Assembly (NCBI GenBank): GCA_965207225.1
Contig: CBDBLV010000003.1
Span: 96,001-160,000, forward strand
DNA from: Dehalococcoidia bacterium
GTDB taxonomy: Bacteria; Chloroflexota; Dehalococcoidia; Plut-88900
Reading direction: 5' to 3'
Length of the DNA stretch: 64,000 nt
This document shows, piece after piece, positions 10,736 to 20,402 of this stretch. The notes under the pieces were generated by a model that worked only from the letters and a program-made list of their open reading frames with translations, made no database searches and was not told the origin of the DNA. Made by a program: the position numbers and the translations under genes. Each line of letters opens with the position of its first letter. Within the stretch, counting starts at the first letter, position 1.

Positions 10736-10774
10736 GCAAGGGGGGCCTGCGGCAATGTCGCAGGCCCCCCTTGC
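10736..10774. terminator. Strong hairpin after the adhesin gene
   Basis: GCAAGGGGGGCCTGCG-gcaatgt-CGCAGGCCCCCCTTGC, perfect 16-bp stem; no clear U tail. Confidence 0.6.
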
Positions 10775-11151
10775 GCTGGCCGTGGGGCGGCTAGGTAATA
10801 TACTAACGTGGGTGTCAGGATCGCCGGAGTGAAGTTGGATCACCCATCCACAATTCGAAAATGGTTCTGCCTATCGTCAACTCAGGCCCACCATCCAGGA
10901 CAAGAACTTGTCGCGTACTTACTAGCATTCGAACGGACCCCTCAACCTACCGGAATACGTCACTGAAGTAGCCCGAATCAAAGGTTTATCAGGGACGTGG
11001 TTACCGTGACTAGAGAATCTGTCAGTCCAACCCTATGACTCAGTTAAAACAATTCGGGGCCAATGGATACAATAGCGTATGTGAACAGCTTCGATTTGCA
11101 AGCCGTTACAACTGTGGTAAAGGATGTGGTAATTGACAGGACGATTCCGTA

Positions 11152-11190
11152 AAATCATAGCTAAAGACTGATCCCACTCCCTCCGCCACT
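11152..11190 (+). repeat. att-like direct repeat copy 1 (includes tRNA-Ser-like 3' end ATCCCACTCCCTCCGCCA)
   Basis: 39 bp, 38/39 identical to 18624-18662. Confidence 0.85.
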
Positions 11191-11282
11191 ACACCTCTTT
11201 TGGTCATCCTCCTTTTTCTCATTTTACGCTTGCTTCATAGCTAAAATGGCCATTTAATCTGCCTTTCCTCGCCCTATTAGGT

Positions 11283-11677
11283 GAGGCATCCGTACTGCGT
11301 GACGAATCCCGGCTGGTGTTCCCGTCGGTTCTAAAGGCAGAGTCTCCGATGTCCGATATGACTCTCACAAATATCCTGGCTCTATCGGTCTGGCTGACCA
11401 CGCCACCGTCCACGGGTTTCCCAGCAGCTTCAAGAACTGGACATTGGAACAAACAGATACCTCTTGGGTAGTATCAGAGGCGGCGCTTGCTCACAGTCTG
11501 GGCAATTCAACCGAGCAGGCTTACACGAGGTCTGATTTATTCGAGCGTCGCAGGGAGCTGATGCAGATGTGGGCAGACTATGTGCTGGACGATTCCCGGG
11601 ACAAAGAGAACCATTTGCAGTTAAATAGGCCGACCTCAGCTAACAACGCTTCTCAGCCAGTGCAGGTCTCTACTTGA
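11283..11677 (+). pseudogene. C-terminal remnant of a P4-like tyrosine integrase
   Basis: LVFPS..PMSDMTLT [frameshift] GLADHATVHGFPSSFKNW..SEAALAHSLGNSTEQAYTRSDLFERRRELMQMWADY; catalytic HGFR is HGFP; N-terminus missing. Confidence 0.85.
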
Positions 11678-11866
11678 GTCGGGCCTTGAATTCACTGACC
11701 TTTGTCCACAGGCGGTAACTTGCCCTTTACCGTGGGCCCTTTAGCGATGCGTTAAAGGCTGTTCGGATGCTTCATGGCTGAGGAGCCCGCTGACCTCTGT
11801 GCGTTGGCAAAGAGCAGGTTCTTAGCGGGCGTCCTATTGAGTGGTTAGTAGCCTGATCAGGCGAAG

Positions 11867-12895
11867 CTAGGTGCCCAAGCTGGCGATCTGAGCAATGAGC
11901 GAGCCGATGTCCGAGTAGCGGTGCTCAACGCCTCCCATCTTCAATCGCCAGGTGGTTGTTTCACCAGAAGTATCGGCGGCTATTTCGACGTCCGTTTGCT
12001 CACCAGCAACTCGGCTTTCGTAAATTCTGAAACCCTCGCGTTCCAACGCTCGACGCATCCACATGCCGGGGAGTCCATCGGCTATAAGCAAGGCAGTGCC
12101 TTTGGCCGGAATGAGAGGCCTGAAGCCTCCGATGTCGGAGTCAAAGTACAGCTCGGAGCTGGAGAATGTGGACTGCAACTCTCCTCGCAGTATCAGGTCC
12201 TCGGGCGCGCCGAGTTCCAGCTTATGCTCGGATGTTATCAGCCACAGGGTGTCGGCTGACCTCAATGCCAGGTCCAGGTCGTGGGTGGACATCAGGACTG
12301 CCAGACCCGTCTCGCGGCTCAGTCGTTTCAACAGGCCCGTAATCTCGACACGGGTGGGCAGGTCAAGAAATGCGGTAGGTTCATCAAGCAGCATCACAGC
12401 GGGCTGCTGGGCAAGGGCGCGCGCAATCATCACTCTTTGGCGTTCCCCGTCACTCAGTTCGGCGATATCACGTGATGCCAAGTGATTGGACCGGGTCACA
12501 CCTATAGCCCACCGGACAACCCTGTGGTCTTGAGCCGTTAGCCCCGCCGCCCAGCCGGTGTACGGATAGCGACCCAGGGCTATCAGCTCGTAGCCCGTCA
12601 AATGGCCAACGGTCAGGCGTTGTGTAAGTACAACGCTCAGCAGCTTTGCAAGTGCATAGCCGCTCAGGCGGTCGATATCGCTTCCCTCAATCTCCACATT
12701 GCCGGCAAGCGTCGGTTGCATCTTGCCAAGGGTCCTGAGTAGAGTCGATTTGCCGGCGCCGTTGGGCCCGAGCATGCATACGAACTCGCCTCTATGGAGC
12801 TCCAGGTCCACGTTTTGCAGGACTATAGTGCGCTTGGACCGACCTGACTTGTATCCTACAGCGAGATCATGGGTGGCCAGAGCTACTTCCTTCAA
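11867..12895 (-). CDS. Iron-siderophore/cobalamin ABC transporter ATP-binding protein (FepC/BtuD-like)
   Basis: GPNGAGKST, LSDGERQR, LLDEPT, STHD; TTG start overlapping the permease stop (TTGA). Confidence 0.9.
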   Translation of the reverse strand: MKEVALATHDLAVGYKSGRSKRTIVLQNVDLELHRGEFVCMLGPNGAGKSTLLRTLGKMQPTLAGNVEIEGSDIDRLSGYALAKLLSVVLTQRLTVGHLTGYELIALGRYPYTGWAAGLTAQDHRVVRWAIGVTRSNHLASRDIAELSDGERQRVMIARALAQQPAVMLLDEPTAFLDLPTRVEITGLLKRLSRETGLAVLMSTHDLDLALRSADTLWLITSEHKLELGAPEDLILRGELQSTFSSSELYFDSDIGGFRPLIPAKGTALLIADGLPGMWMRRALEREGFRIYESRVAGEQTDVEIAADTSGETTTWRLKMGGVEHRYSDIGSLIAQIASLGT

Positions 12896-14022
12896 AGGGC
12901 AAATCCCCTTCTTGCCTTCAGCAACACCCAGATGGCTACCGGGCCCCCAAACAAGGCGGTGGCGGCGTTTATAGGCAGATTGAGGCTGCTGTTGGGCAAC
13001 TCGGCGAGAATTCCGCAGGCCAGTGCGATCACTACGCCTACCAGTAAAGAGCCGGGAACCAGGATGCGATGGTCGGATGTGCCGAATATGCCGCGAGCGA
13101 TGTGTGGTATAGCGATGCCAAGAAATCCGATAGGCCCGGCATAGGCTACAACCGCGCCGGCCATGAGGGAGGCGCTGCCCATGATTACCACTCTTGCCCT
13201 CCTCACGTTCAGCCCCATGCTCTGAGCGTAGCTTTCTCCGAGCAACAGGGCGTTGAGAGGCTTGGTCGTGACAACAGCCAGTACGAGGGCCACCCCGATG
13301 GAAGACGATAAAAATGGCATCTCGTCCCATCGGACGCGGTTGAAACTACCCAGCCCCCACTCCACAAACTCCCTGGTCTGCTGTTCGTTGGCGAAGAAGA
13401 TGAGGATGGTCACTATGGCGCCAATCAGTGAAGCCATCACGACTCCCAGCAGCAACACCACAACCATATCCCCAACACGTGAGGCAACCATGAGCATGAT
13501 TGCGAGAACCGCAGCGGCGCCAAGAGCCGCCCCGGCAACCGTTCCGAGATTGTTGAAGATGCCGCTGCCCACTCCGGAAAAGATCTCTGCGGAAGCCGGA
13601 CTCACGAGAATGACCAGCGCCACTCCCAGGCTAGCTCCGGAAGACACCCCCAGGGTGAACGGGCTGGCGAGGGGATTCCTGAACACGGTCTGCATTTGCA
13701 GACCTGCCAGCCCCAGGGCAGTACCGACCATCATGCCCGTCAGGACCCTTGGAAGCCGGATGTCCATGACTATGGTCTGCCATGAACTCTTCTCGGCTTC
13801 GCCTCCTAGCAGGATTGCCAACACCTGATCAACTGGTATGTTGACTGACGACCAGCTCAGGGACAATAGAATTGCGCCAACGCCTAGAAGCGCCAGCAGG
13901 ACGAAGATTGACAATTGACGCTTAGCACGAGAGCCGGTGTCTATGGCAACGCGGTCATCCTCAGCATCCGGCATGCGCTCGGGTTGAGTAGGCGCAGATG
14001 TCGCCGGACCGGAGAGACTCAT
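12892..14022 (-). CDS. FecCD/BtuC-family ABC permease
   Basis: IRLPRV, FRNPLASPFTLGVSSGASLG, GESYAQSMG, GPIGFLGIAIPH. Confidence 0.92.
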   Translation of the reverse strand: MSLSGPATSAPTQPERMPDAEDDRVAIDTGSRAKRQLSIFVLLALLGVGAILLSLSWSSVNIPVDQVLAILLGGEAEKSSWQTIVMDIRLPRVLTGMMVGTALGLAGLQMQTVFRNPLASPFTLGVSSGASLGVALVILVSPASAEIFSGVGSGIFNNLGTVAGAALGAAAVLAIMLMVASRVGDMVVVLLLGVVMASLIGAIVTILIFFANEQQTREFVEWGLGSFNRVRWDEMPFLSSSIGVALVLAVVTTKPLNALLLGESYAQSMGLNVRRARVVIMGSASLMAGAVVAYAGPIGFLGIAIPHIARGIFGTSDHRILVPGSLLVGVVIALACGILAELPNSSLNLPINAATALFGGPVAIWVLLKARRGFAL

Positions 14023-14810
14023 TTGGTTCGAGGCCCTGCGTGATTACTCAATATGCCGAAAAATTCTCTCACGATTGGTATAAGGACATCCACGCGAGAT
14101 TTGCTCTGGTGATGGTCGAGTCCCTGCAAAGACTTGAAGGAAACGTTGGGGAACTCAAGTGCGGCCTGCCTGGCTAAATCGTGGTCTTCATCCCGGGTCC
14201 CGCATAGCAACAGGTAGGGTATCCGACCCCGTGAGAGCCCTTCACTCAACCCTCGGATTCTACTCGTAGCGACAAGCGCGGCTCCCAGGGCCTTCCAGTC
14301 TCGGGCCTCCAACTCGGCCTTCTGCGCATGGCTTAGGGGGCCGGACTCGGTTTCTCTTCGTTCGATGGCGGCCTCTACGCCGCAATCGATGTATCGCTGG
14401 CCCCACTCTTCGAAGTCTGCGGGAAGTCTCTCAGGGTACGGATGGGCGCCCAGCACTATCACGGAGCGAAACCTATGTGGGGCATAAGCACTGAGTCCAA
14501 AGCCGGTGATCCCTCCCAGCGAATAGCCCAGGAAGTAGGCTGTTTCCGCTCCAACTGCGTCGAGCACAGACGTGACGTCTTGAACTCTCCTTGACAGGCT
14601 GTAGGAGGACGGATCATGCGATTTTTCGCTTCTGCCGTGTCCGCGAGCATCCATAGTGATTACCTGAAACGCATCCTTCAGGGCGCTGACGTGGCCTCCC
14701 GTATGCCAGGCCTCTCCCGATACCCCGAAGCCGTGAAGCAGAACCAGAGGGGGGCCGTCTCCTTCGACGTCGAAGTGAATCCGGCCCCCCTCACTAGCTG
14801 CAAACGGAAT
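14019..14810 (-). CDS. Alpha/beta hydrolase
   Basis: Frame extends upstream of the ORF-track start through GDGPPLVLLHGFG; DARGHGRS; nucleophile GYSLGG; start appears to be ATT at 14810 after GAGGA. Confidence 0.85.
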   Translation of the reverse strand: MPFAASEGGRIHFDVEGDGPPLVLLHGFGVSGEAWHTGGHVSALKDAFQVITMDARGHGRSEKSHDPSSYSLSRRVQDVTSVLDAVGAETAYFLGYSLGGITGFGLSAYAPHRFRSVIVLGAHPYPERLPADFEEWGQRYIDCGVEAAIERRETESGPLSHAQKAELEARDWKALGAALVATSRIRGLSEGLSRGRIPYLLLCGTRDEDHDLARQAALEFPNVSFKSLQGLDHHQSKSRVDVLIPIVREFFGILSNHAGPRTK

Positions 14811-14827
14811 TGTCTAATTCCTCGGTG

Positions 14828-17371
14828 TTATCTCGCAGGTGGAGTAATAATCTCCAGCCATACTGTTTCGTGGTTCGGGACCAACTCTGGATGGATGATG
14901 CTCACAAGGTCTTTCAGCAGGAGGTCGGCCCTGTAGTTTACGGCGGTCTTGTAGTAGTCCTCTCCACGCTTGAAGATGTGGAAGGCTGCGCTGTTATGGA
15001 GAGCGGGAATCTCCGCGTTCAGAGGGTCCTGCGCAACCCAGGCATTTCCGTCGCCCCCATTGTCCAGGGCGTCATACGAAGCGTTCCACCAGAAGTCAGC
15101 AGTTGCTCCAAATTCGACGGCCTCTTCTGTGGAGATGCTTGCGAAGGCATCCAGTGCCAGATCGGCGTCTATCAGGACAGGGGTCCCACCGGCATCCCTG
15201 ATTAGGTGGTAGTCCACTCGGTCAGGGCCAAAGGTGAACCAGGAGCCGCGTTCAGTAAATGAGCCGTGCATTATCGCTGGCCGGCTCTCCACGGGCACTG
15301 CCTCAGCTACCCGTTGGGCCAGGGTCACGTACTCACGCTCAACGGGCTCGAATAGCTCATTCGCGAATTTCTCTTTGTTGAAGAACAGCGCCCAGAACTT
15401 AAGGTGTTCCGCAGCTCCCAGGGGAGTTTCCCAGTAGGAGTTGTAGAACACAGCACTGAGTCCAAGCTCCCTGGCCGTCACTCTTTGTGACGCACTGAAG
15501 GGCACCACAACTATCTCAGGTCCCGCATCGACAACCGGCTCCCAACCGTCTGCCGAGACGTTGGCGACCAAGAAATCGTCGGCCTTGTATCTTCTGTCCA
15601 ATTCCGGCGTGATTTGAGAGAAATCCCCAAACGGTATGTAACCCAAGCCGATAAGGGAGTCGGCTTCACCAAGGAACTCAAGAGCTGTAACTACAGACCC
15701 GCCACCGGAGTTTTCGTATAGGGTTTCGATGGGCACCTGGATGACGTGGGCGTCGGCCAGGTTACCCATCAGGGGCGGGACAGGGGTTCCCTTTTGGACG
15801 AGCACGTAGGTTTCCCGGCTTCCAGCGTTAGCGTCTCCGACGGGTCCCATGTGCAGGAGCTTGTAGTTTCCGTGGTAGCTGACCGTCCAGTCCTTGGCCC
15901 AATTCGCCTCGACCTTGTCGGGGAAGTAGTCAGCCCCCTCGATATATGCATCCACTGGGCCTTGCGGGTTGGCCGCAATTATCCCGACCTGAGCTGCCGT
16001 TTCAATTCGGTCCAGGAACACAGGCTGGTGCCCGGGGAGCAGGCCAGGGTGGATGATGCTAACGAGGTCTTTCAGCAGGATGTCTACTCTGACAGCGCCG
16101 GTGCTGTGGTAGTCGACCGCCCGGCCGTACCGATGGAACGCGTTGCCTTGCTCCAATGCTGCGAATCTCGAATTGAGTACGTTACGTTCCAGGTACTCGG
16201 GCACGTTGGTGGCCCGGGGCCTGAACGCCAACTCGAACCAGTACTCAGAGTCCTGGGCGTATTCCAGGGCAGTTTCCAGGGCCACCCCTCCGAAGCCCAG
16301 GTGGGCGGTGCCATCCAGCAAACCCTGATCCACGGCCTTTAGCAGGGGCCGCTGGCCTCCCGCGTCCTCAATCAGTACGGACTCGAGGCGGGTGCGATTC
16401 CTGCTCTGAAACTGGCCGGAGCTTGCAATAGTGCCAAGCAGGACGGAGGGTGAATCAGACTGGCTCTGGGCCAGCTCCTTGACCCTGTTGTACTCTGCAG
16501 CGATGGGGTCGAAGTACCTGTTGGCGCGGGCCTCCAGGTTGAAGAACAGCGAAACGAACTTCACCTGCTCGGCGGAGCCCAGCGGGCCTTCCGAGAAGGG
16601 TGAGTAGTGAATGGCAGGCACCCCGACCTGGAGGGCGTTGTTCCGCCAGTCGTCCCCGTTGTACTGGAAGTAGACGTCGGGGTCGCCGTCGAGGATCAGT
16701 TCCAGGTCTTCGCCGTAGCTCGTTTCCTTGTGTACGTCATCCTGTGCTACACGGGAGATAACGTCGGGCAGGAAATGGTTCTGGGACCCGGACGTTCTTG
16801 TGTTCACGCCGATGAGCGAGTCCAGGACGCCAAGGCTGTCCAAGGCAGCGAACGACGCTCCGCCGCCTTCCCAAAAGCGTTTGACCGGCACCTCGACAAC
16901 CATCGCATCTTCAAGCTCTCCCGAGAGCTCGGGGGCCGGCGTGCCGCATTGCACCAGGACATAGCTGATATTGTTCTGGGTGTCCGGGCTGTCGTCAGTA
17001 TCGACCGTCAGGACCTTGTAGTTGTCGAAGTATTCGACCCACCATTCCTTGGCATACTGAGCTTCGGTCTTGTCCGGAAAGTAGTCTGTGTCTTCTTCGA
17101 AGGAATCGGCGCACTCCTGTAGATTATTGACGACGAGGTTCTTCACGACAGGCACCTGCACTTCCACAGGTACTTCGACGGGCACTTCTACAGTCGTCTC
17201 AACTTCCACAACACGATCAACAGGGACTTCTACCGGCACTTCAACGGTCCGCTCAACGGGGACCTCTACCGGCACTTCAACGGTCCGCTCTACCACCGTG
17301 TCTCCGCAAGCCAGGATAGCGGTGAGAGCCAAAAGGACCAGGGGGATGAACCACGCTTTTCTTAACGCCAT
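14828..17371 (-). CDS. Lipoprotein ABC substrate-binding protein (iron-siderophore/B12 class) with two tandem binding modules
   Basis: Lipobox ILAC; VEVP repeats; duplicated DYFPDK..YK..YVLVQxGTP..PLGxAExxKF..LFFN..LLKDLVSIIHP. Confidence 0.88.
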   Translation of the reverse strand: MALRKAWFIPLVLLALTAILACGDTVVERTVEVPVEVPVERTVEVPVEVPVDRVVEVETTVEVPVEVPVEVQVPVVKNLVVNNLQECADSFEEDTDYFPDKTEAQYAKEWWVEYFDNYKVLTVDTDDSPDTQNNISYVLVQCGTPAPELSGELEDAMVVEVPVKRFWEGGGASFAALDSLGVLDSLIGVNTRTSGSQNHFLPDVISRVAQDDVHKETSYGEDLELILDGDPDVYFQYNGDDWRNNALQVGVPAIHYSPFSEGPLGSAEQVKFVSLFFNLEARANRYFDPIAAEYNRVKELAQSQSDSPSVLLGTIASSGQFQSRNRTRLESVLIEDAGGQRPLLKAVDQGLLDGTAHLGFGGVALETALEYAQDSEYWFELAFRPRATNVPEYLERNVLNSRFAALEQGNAFHRYGRAVDYHSTGAVRVDILLKDLVSIIHPGLLPGHQPVFLDRIETAAQVGIIAANPQGPVDAYIEGADYFPDKVEANWAKDWTVSYHGNYKLLHMGPVGDANAGSRETYVLVQKGTPVPPLMGNLADAHVIQVPIETLYENSGGGSVVTALEFLGEADSLIGLGYIPFGDFSQITPELDRRYKADDFLVANVSADGWEPVVDAGPEIVVVPFSASQRVTARELGLSAVFYNSYWETPLGAAEHLKFWALFFNKEKFANELFEPVEREYVTLAQRVAEAVPVESRPAIMHGSFTERGSWFTFGPDRVDYHLIRDAGGTPVLIDADLALDAFASISTEEAVEFGATADFWWNASYDALDNGGDGNAWVAQDPLNAEIPALHNSAAFHIFKRGEDYYKTAVNYRADLLLKDLVSIIHPELVPNHETVWLEIITPPAR

Positions 17372-18623
17372 TATCGGAACACTCCTTTACCTTTATTGCT
17401 ATTAAGTATCTGTTAGTTTTTAGGTTTAGTTAGCCATTATAAGCTCATATGTTGAAGTCTTACTGATATGGCATATCGATAGTGCTAAGCCGAGCATTCT
17501 ACTGATGCAAGTTAGTCGTTGTCAAGTCCCGTGACCCCCCGGTTGGATGGATGCGGAACTATCTGCGGGCCGCCCTGCAGCCCGCGTGTCCGATCTAGTC
17601 TCCTTCCGGCAAAAAGTCAGACATACGATTGAGCGGAGGGGAGAGCGCCCAGACATGAGCGAACTACGTGTAGGACGATCCACCGGCCCGAACAAATCTC
17701 TTACAGGTCCTCGGGCCAAGCTCGTTGAATCAAGGCCCGAAATCGCCGCTACTCCTACCTCCGGTCGATCCTTGACTTCACTGGCCCTGCTCAGCAGGCA
17801 GCCCTGCTTCTTGCCCTGGCTCCCTTTCATATGGAACGTCAACGCATCGCTCGGACCCCGGGACATTTCCTCGGTTAATCGAGAGAGATGCTGACGTCTA
17901 TTGCAATAGTCTGTAGGGGGAGTTCGTCAAAGGGCCACCCTCAAATGGCAGCTCCCCACCCGATGGCCCTTTATTGATGTCATTGGGGTGTACAGGAATT
18001 CGATTGATGTCCCCCGTGGGGGAGAATGGGCCATTTCGTGGCTAAGACAGGTGAAAAAGAGGGACTGTCAGGGCGATGAAGCAAGTGGTGTTAGGTGCGG
18101 CTCGGTGCCACGGAAGTGGGACATGGCCGGCCACACGGACACCCGGCATTCATGCTTCGAAGTACCTAGGTGCGATTCCGGACCGGCAAGATATAAACGG
18201 CAGAAGAGTCAAAAGTCCTTCCGAAAGGCCCCCTGCAAGACGAGCTGAGAAGAAGGTCGGTAATGGGCGAAACGCTAGCAAGGAAGGGATGGATATTTGT
18301 CGGGCGAAAGGCAGAGCGCCAACAACGCGGGGTATGACCTCGGACTTAAGTGCGGTAGTGGTAAGGGCGTGAGATGTCAGTTCTTGGACGTATACCACAG
18401 GCCTTGGCCCAGGTGAATGATCCCAGACGGACCATTGACCATTTGGTCTTTGATGCCAAAAGGCTGTTGTGAGAATAGGAAGGCGCCGAAACCCGCGGCG
18501 AGGAGAAGGTTGGCAGTTTGCTTTGGGTGTCTCTAGAAACTCGCTGAGCCACTGCGTGAGGATATTCCGTTTCAGCGTAGGGTAGTCGAAGGCATTATCG
18601 CACTCGGGGAGGCAAATGCCCCC

Positions 18624-18662
18624 AAATCATAGCTGAAGACTGATCCCACTCCCTCCGCCACT
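18624..18662 (+). repeat. att-like direct repeat copy 2
   Basis: AAATCATAGCTGAAGACTGATCCCACTCCCTCCGCCACT. Confidence 0.85.
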
Positions 18663-18788
18663 GTTCCCGTCTAAAGACCACTAATTGCCCGAACGCGGCT
18701 AACCTTGAACGACTGACACTGGAAACGCTTTGGCGATATTCCCGCTCCGGCAAGACAAGGTCAATCTTCTACATTACAATGGCGGGCT

Positions 18789-20372
18789 ATGGGGGAAGCC
18801 GCACAAAACGTCAAGTGGGGCAAGGTCATCGACCAGAACAGGTGCATCGGGTGTCATGCCTGTACAGTTGCCTGCAAGCAGGAGCACAGTGTCCCCCTGG
18901 GCGTGACGCGGACCTATGTGAAACAAGTGGAACTCGGGGTCTTCCCGAACCCTCAACGACAGTTCCAGGTAACCCGTTGCAACCAGTGCAATAACCCTCC
19001 CTGCGTCGCAGCATGTCCCACCACCGCCATGTACCGGCGCCCCGACGGCATAGTCGACTTTGATAGAGACAGGTGCATCGGGTGCAAGGCGTGCATAGCC
19101 GCTTGTCCCTACGACGCCATCTACATAGACCCGGAGAGCCACACCGCCGAGAAGTGTAACTTCTGTACAAATCGCATAGACATCGGCCTCGAACCGGCCT
19201 GCGTGGTAGTTTGCCCCACGCAGGCCATTTTAGTTGGGGACATGAACGATCCCGACAGCCAGGTGTCCCGACTACTGAATAGCCATGAGGTGAAGAGCAG
19301 GCGTCCAGAAAAAGGGACTGAGCCAAAGCTGTTCTATGTGGGAGCCAACGCGCGTACCCTCGATCCTCAGTCGGCTTCCAGTCCCCACCACACCTCCGTT
19401 GCCGATAGTCGGGTCCGGGCCCAGTCCCAGTCCAGCGTGCTATACGGCAGCATCACAGGTTCCGCACACAGAAAAAGCAGCGGCGACCCGGACCAAAGCG
19501 CAGCCGCAGCCATCCTGGTCTACGACCAGCCCCACCGGACTCCCTGGGACTGGAGGGTGTCTTCATATAGCTGGACCAAGTCGATCGCCGCGGGCGTCTT
19601 TACTATGACCGCCGTCCTGGGGCTGACGGGCGTGTCCCTCAGTCAAAGCTGGGAAGTCATAACTGCAGTCCTATCGGCGGTTTTCCTGGGGGTGACGGGA
19701 CTCCTTTTGATAGCAGACCTTGATCAACCGATGCGGTTCTACTATGTCCTGACCAAACCCCAGTGGAGGTCCTGGCTGGTGAGGGGTGCATACCTTATGT
19801 CTGCATTTGTCCTTGTGTTGCTGCTGTATTTCATATCCGCCCTATTGGAATGGCAAAGACTCATCGAGGCTCTGCGGTGGGTGGGAACTGTGGTCGCGGT
19901 TGCCGTAGCCGTTTACACTGCCTTCCTGCTAACGCGGTCTAGGGGTCGAGACCTCTGGCAAAACCCCCTTCTTGTACCAGCCTTTATCTCCCACGCCGTG
20001 GTGGCCGGTTCCGCAACGCTGCTGGTAGTCAGCAGTTTCGTGGAGCTGGAGTCGGCAGGCGTTACAGGGTTGCAGCTGTCCCTGCTTATCTCCCTGGCTG
20101 TTTTCCTGGGACTTGCGCTCGGTGAACTCCTCAACCTCCACCCCACCCCCCACGCATCCATTGCGGCCCGGAACATGTGGCGGGGCCGGTATCGTCTCTA
20201 CTACTGGGCCGGCGTATTCCTTGGGGGCATTATTCCCCTGGCCCTTATAGGCCTTGCGTTAGCGAACGCACCGGACTGGACCTACATTGCCGCATCCGCT
20301 TCGGCCCTGGCCGGGCTTCTGGCCTACGAGCACGCGTATATCCAGGCAGGGCAGTCGGTGCCTCAAAGCTGA
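18789..20372 (+). CDS. Fused 4x[4Fe-4S] DmsB/NrfC-like subunit plus NrfD/PsrC membrane anchor
   Basis: CIGCHACTVAC, CNQCNNPPCVAACP, CIGCKACIAACP, CNFC..EPACVVVCP; TM domain with DLDQPMRF, SWLVRG. Confidence 0.9.
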   Translation: MGEAAQNVKWGKVIDQNRCIGCHACTVACKQEHSVPLGVTRTYVKQVELGVFPNPQRQFQVTRCNQCNNPPCVAACPTTAMYRRPDGIVDFDRDRCIGCKACIAACPYDAIYIDPESHTAEKCNFCTNRIDIGLEPACVVVCPTQAILVGDMNDPDSQVSRLLNSHEVKSRRPEKGTEPKLFYVGANARTLDPQSASSPHHTSVADSRVRAQSQSSVLYGSITGSAHRKSSGDPDQSAAAAILVYDQPHRTPWDWRVSSYSWTKSIAAGVFTMTAVLGLTGVSLSQSWEVITAVLSAVFLGVTGLLLIADLDQPMRFYYVLTKPQWRSWLVRGAYLMSAFVLVLLLYFISALLEWQRLIEALRWVGTVVAVAVAVYTAFLLTRSRGRDLWQNPLLVPAFISHAVVAGSATLLVVSSFVELESAGVTGLQLSLLISLAVFLGLALGELLNLHPTPHASIAARNMWRGRYRLYYWAGVFLGGIIPLALIGLALANAPDWTYIAASASALAGLLAYEHAYIQAGQSVPQS

Positions 20373-20402
20373 GCCCGTTGAATGTGATGTGGGGCAAAGA
20401 GC

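Larger units (their letters stand above)
11152..18662. mobile_element. Degenerate integrative element/genomic island carrying an iron/B12 ABC transporter
   Basis: Flanking 39-bp direct repeats with a tRNA 3' end; integrase remnant next to the left repeat. Confidence 0.7.

Noticed and set aside
1909-10755. Long minus-strand ORFs within the adhesin, and similar antisense ORFs throughout the window
   Set aside because: Shadow ORFs expected from high-GC codon bias; no recognisable motifs
11171-11188. tRNA gene at either att copy
   Set aside because: Only the last 18 nt are present; no D or anticodon arms
11867-13330. 487-aa ATPase with a long N-terminus
   Set aside because: Overlaps the permease; the TTG at 12895 gives a normal coupled start
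17372-17700. Cobalamin riboswitch or DtxR/IdeR box upstream of the binding protein
   Set aside because: No B12-box core seen; TTAGGTTTAGTTAGCCATT matches only about 12/19 of the DtxR consensus in AT-rich DNA
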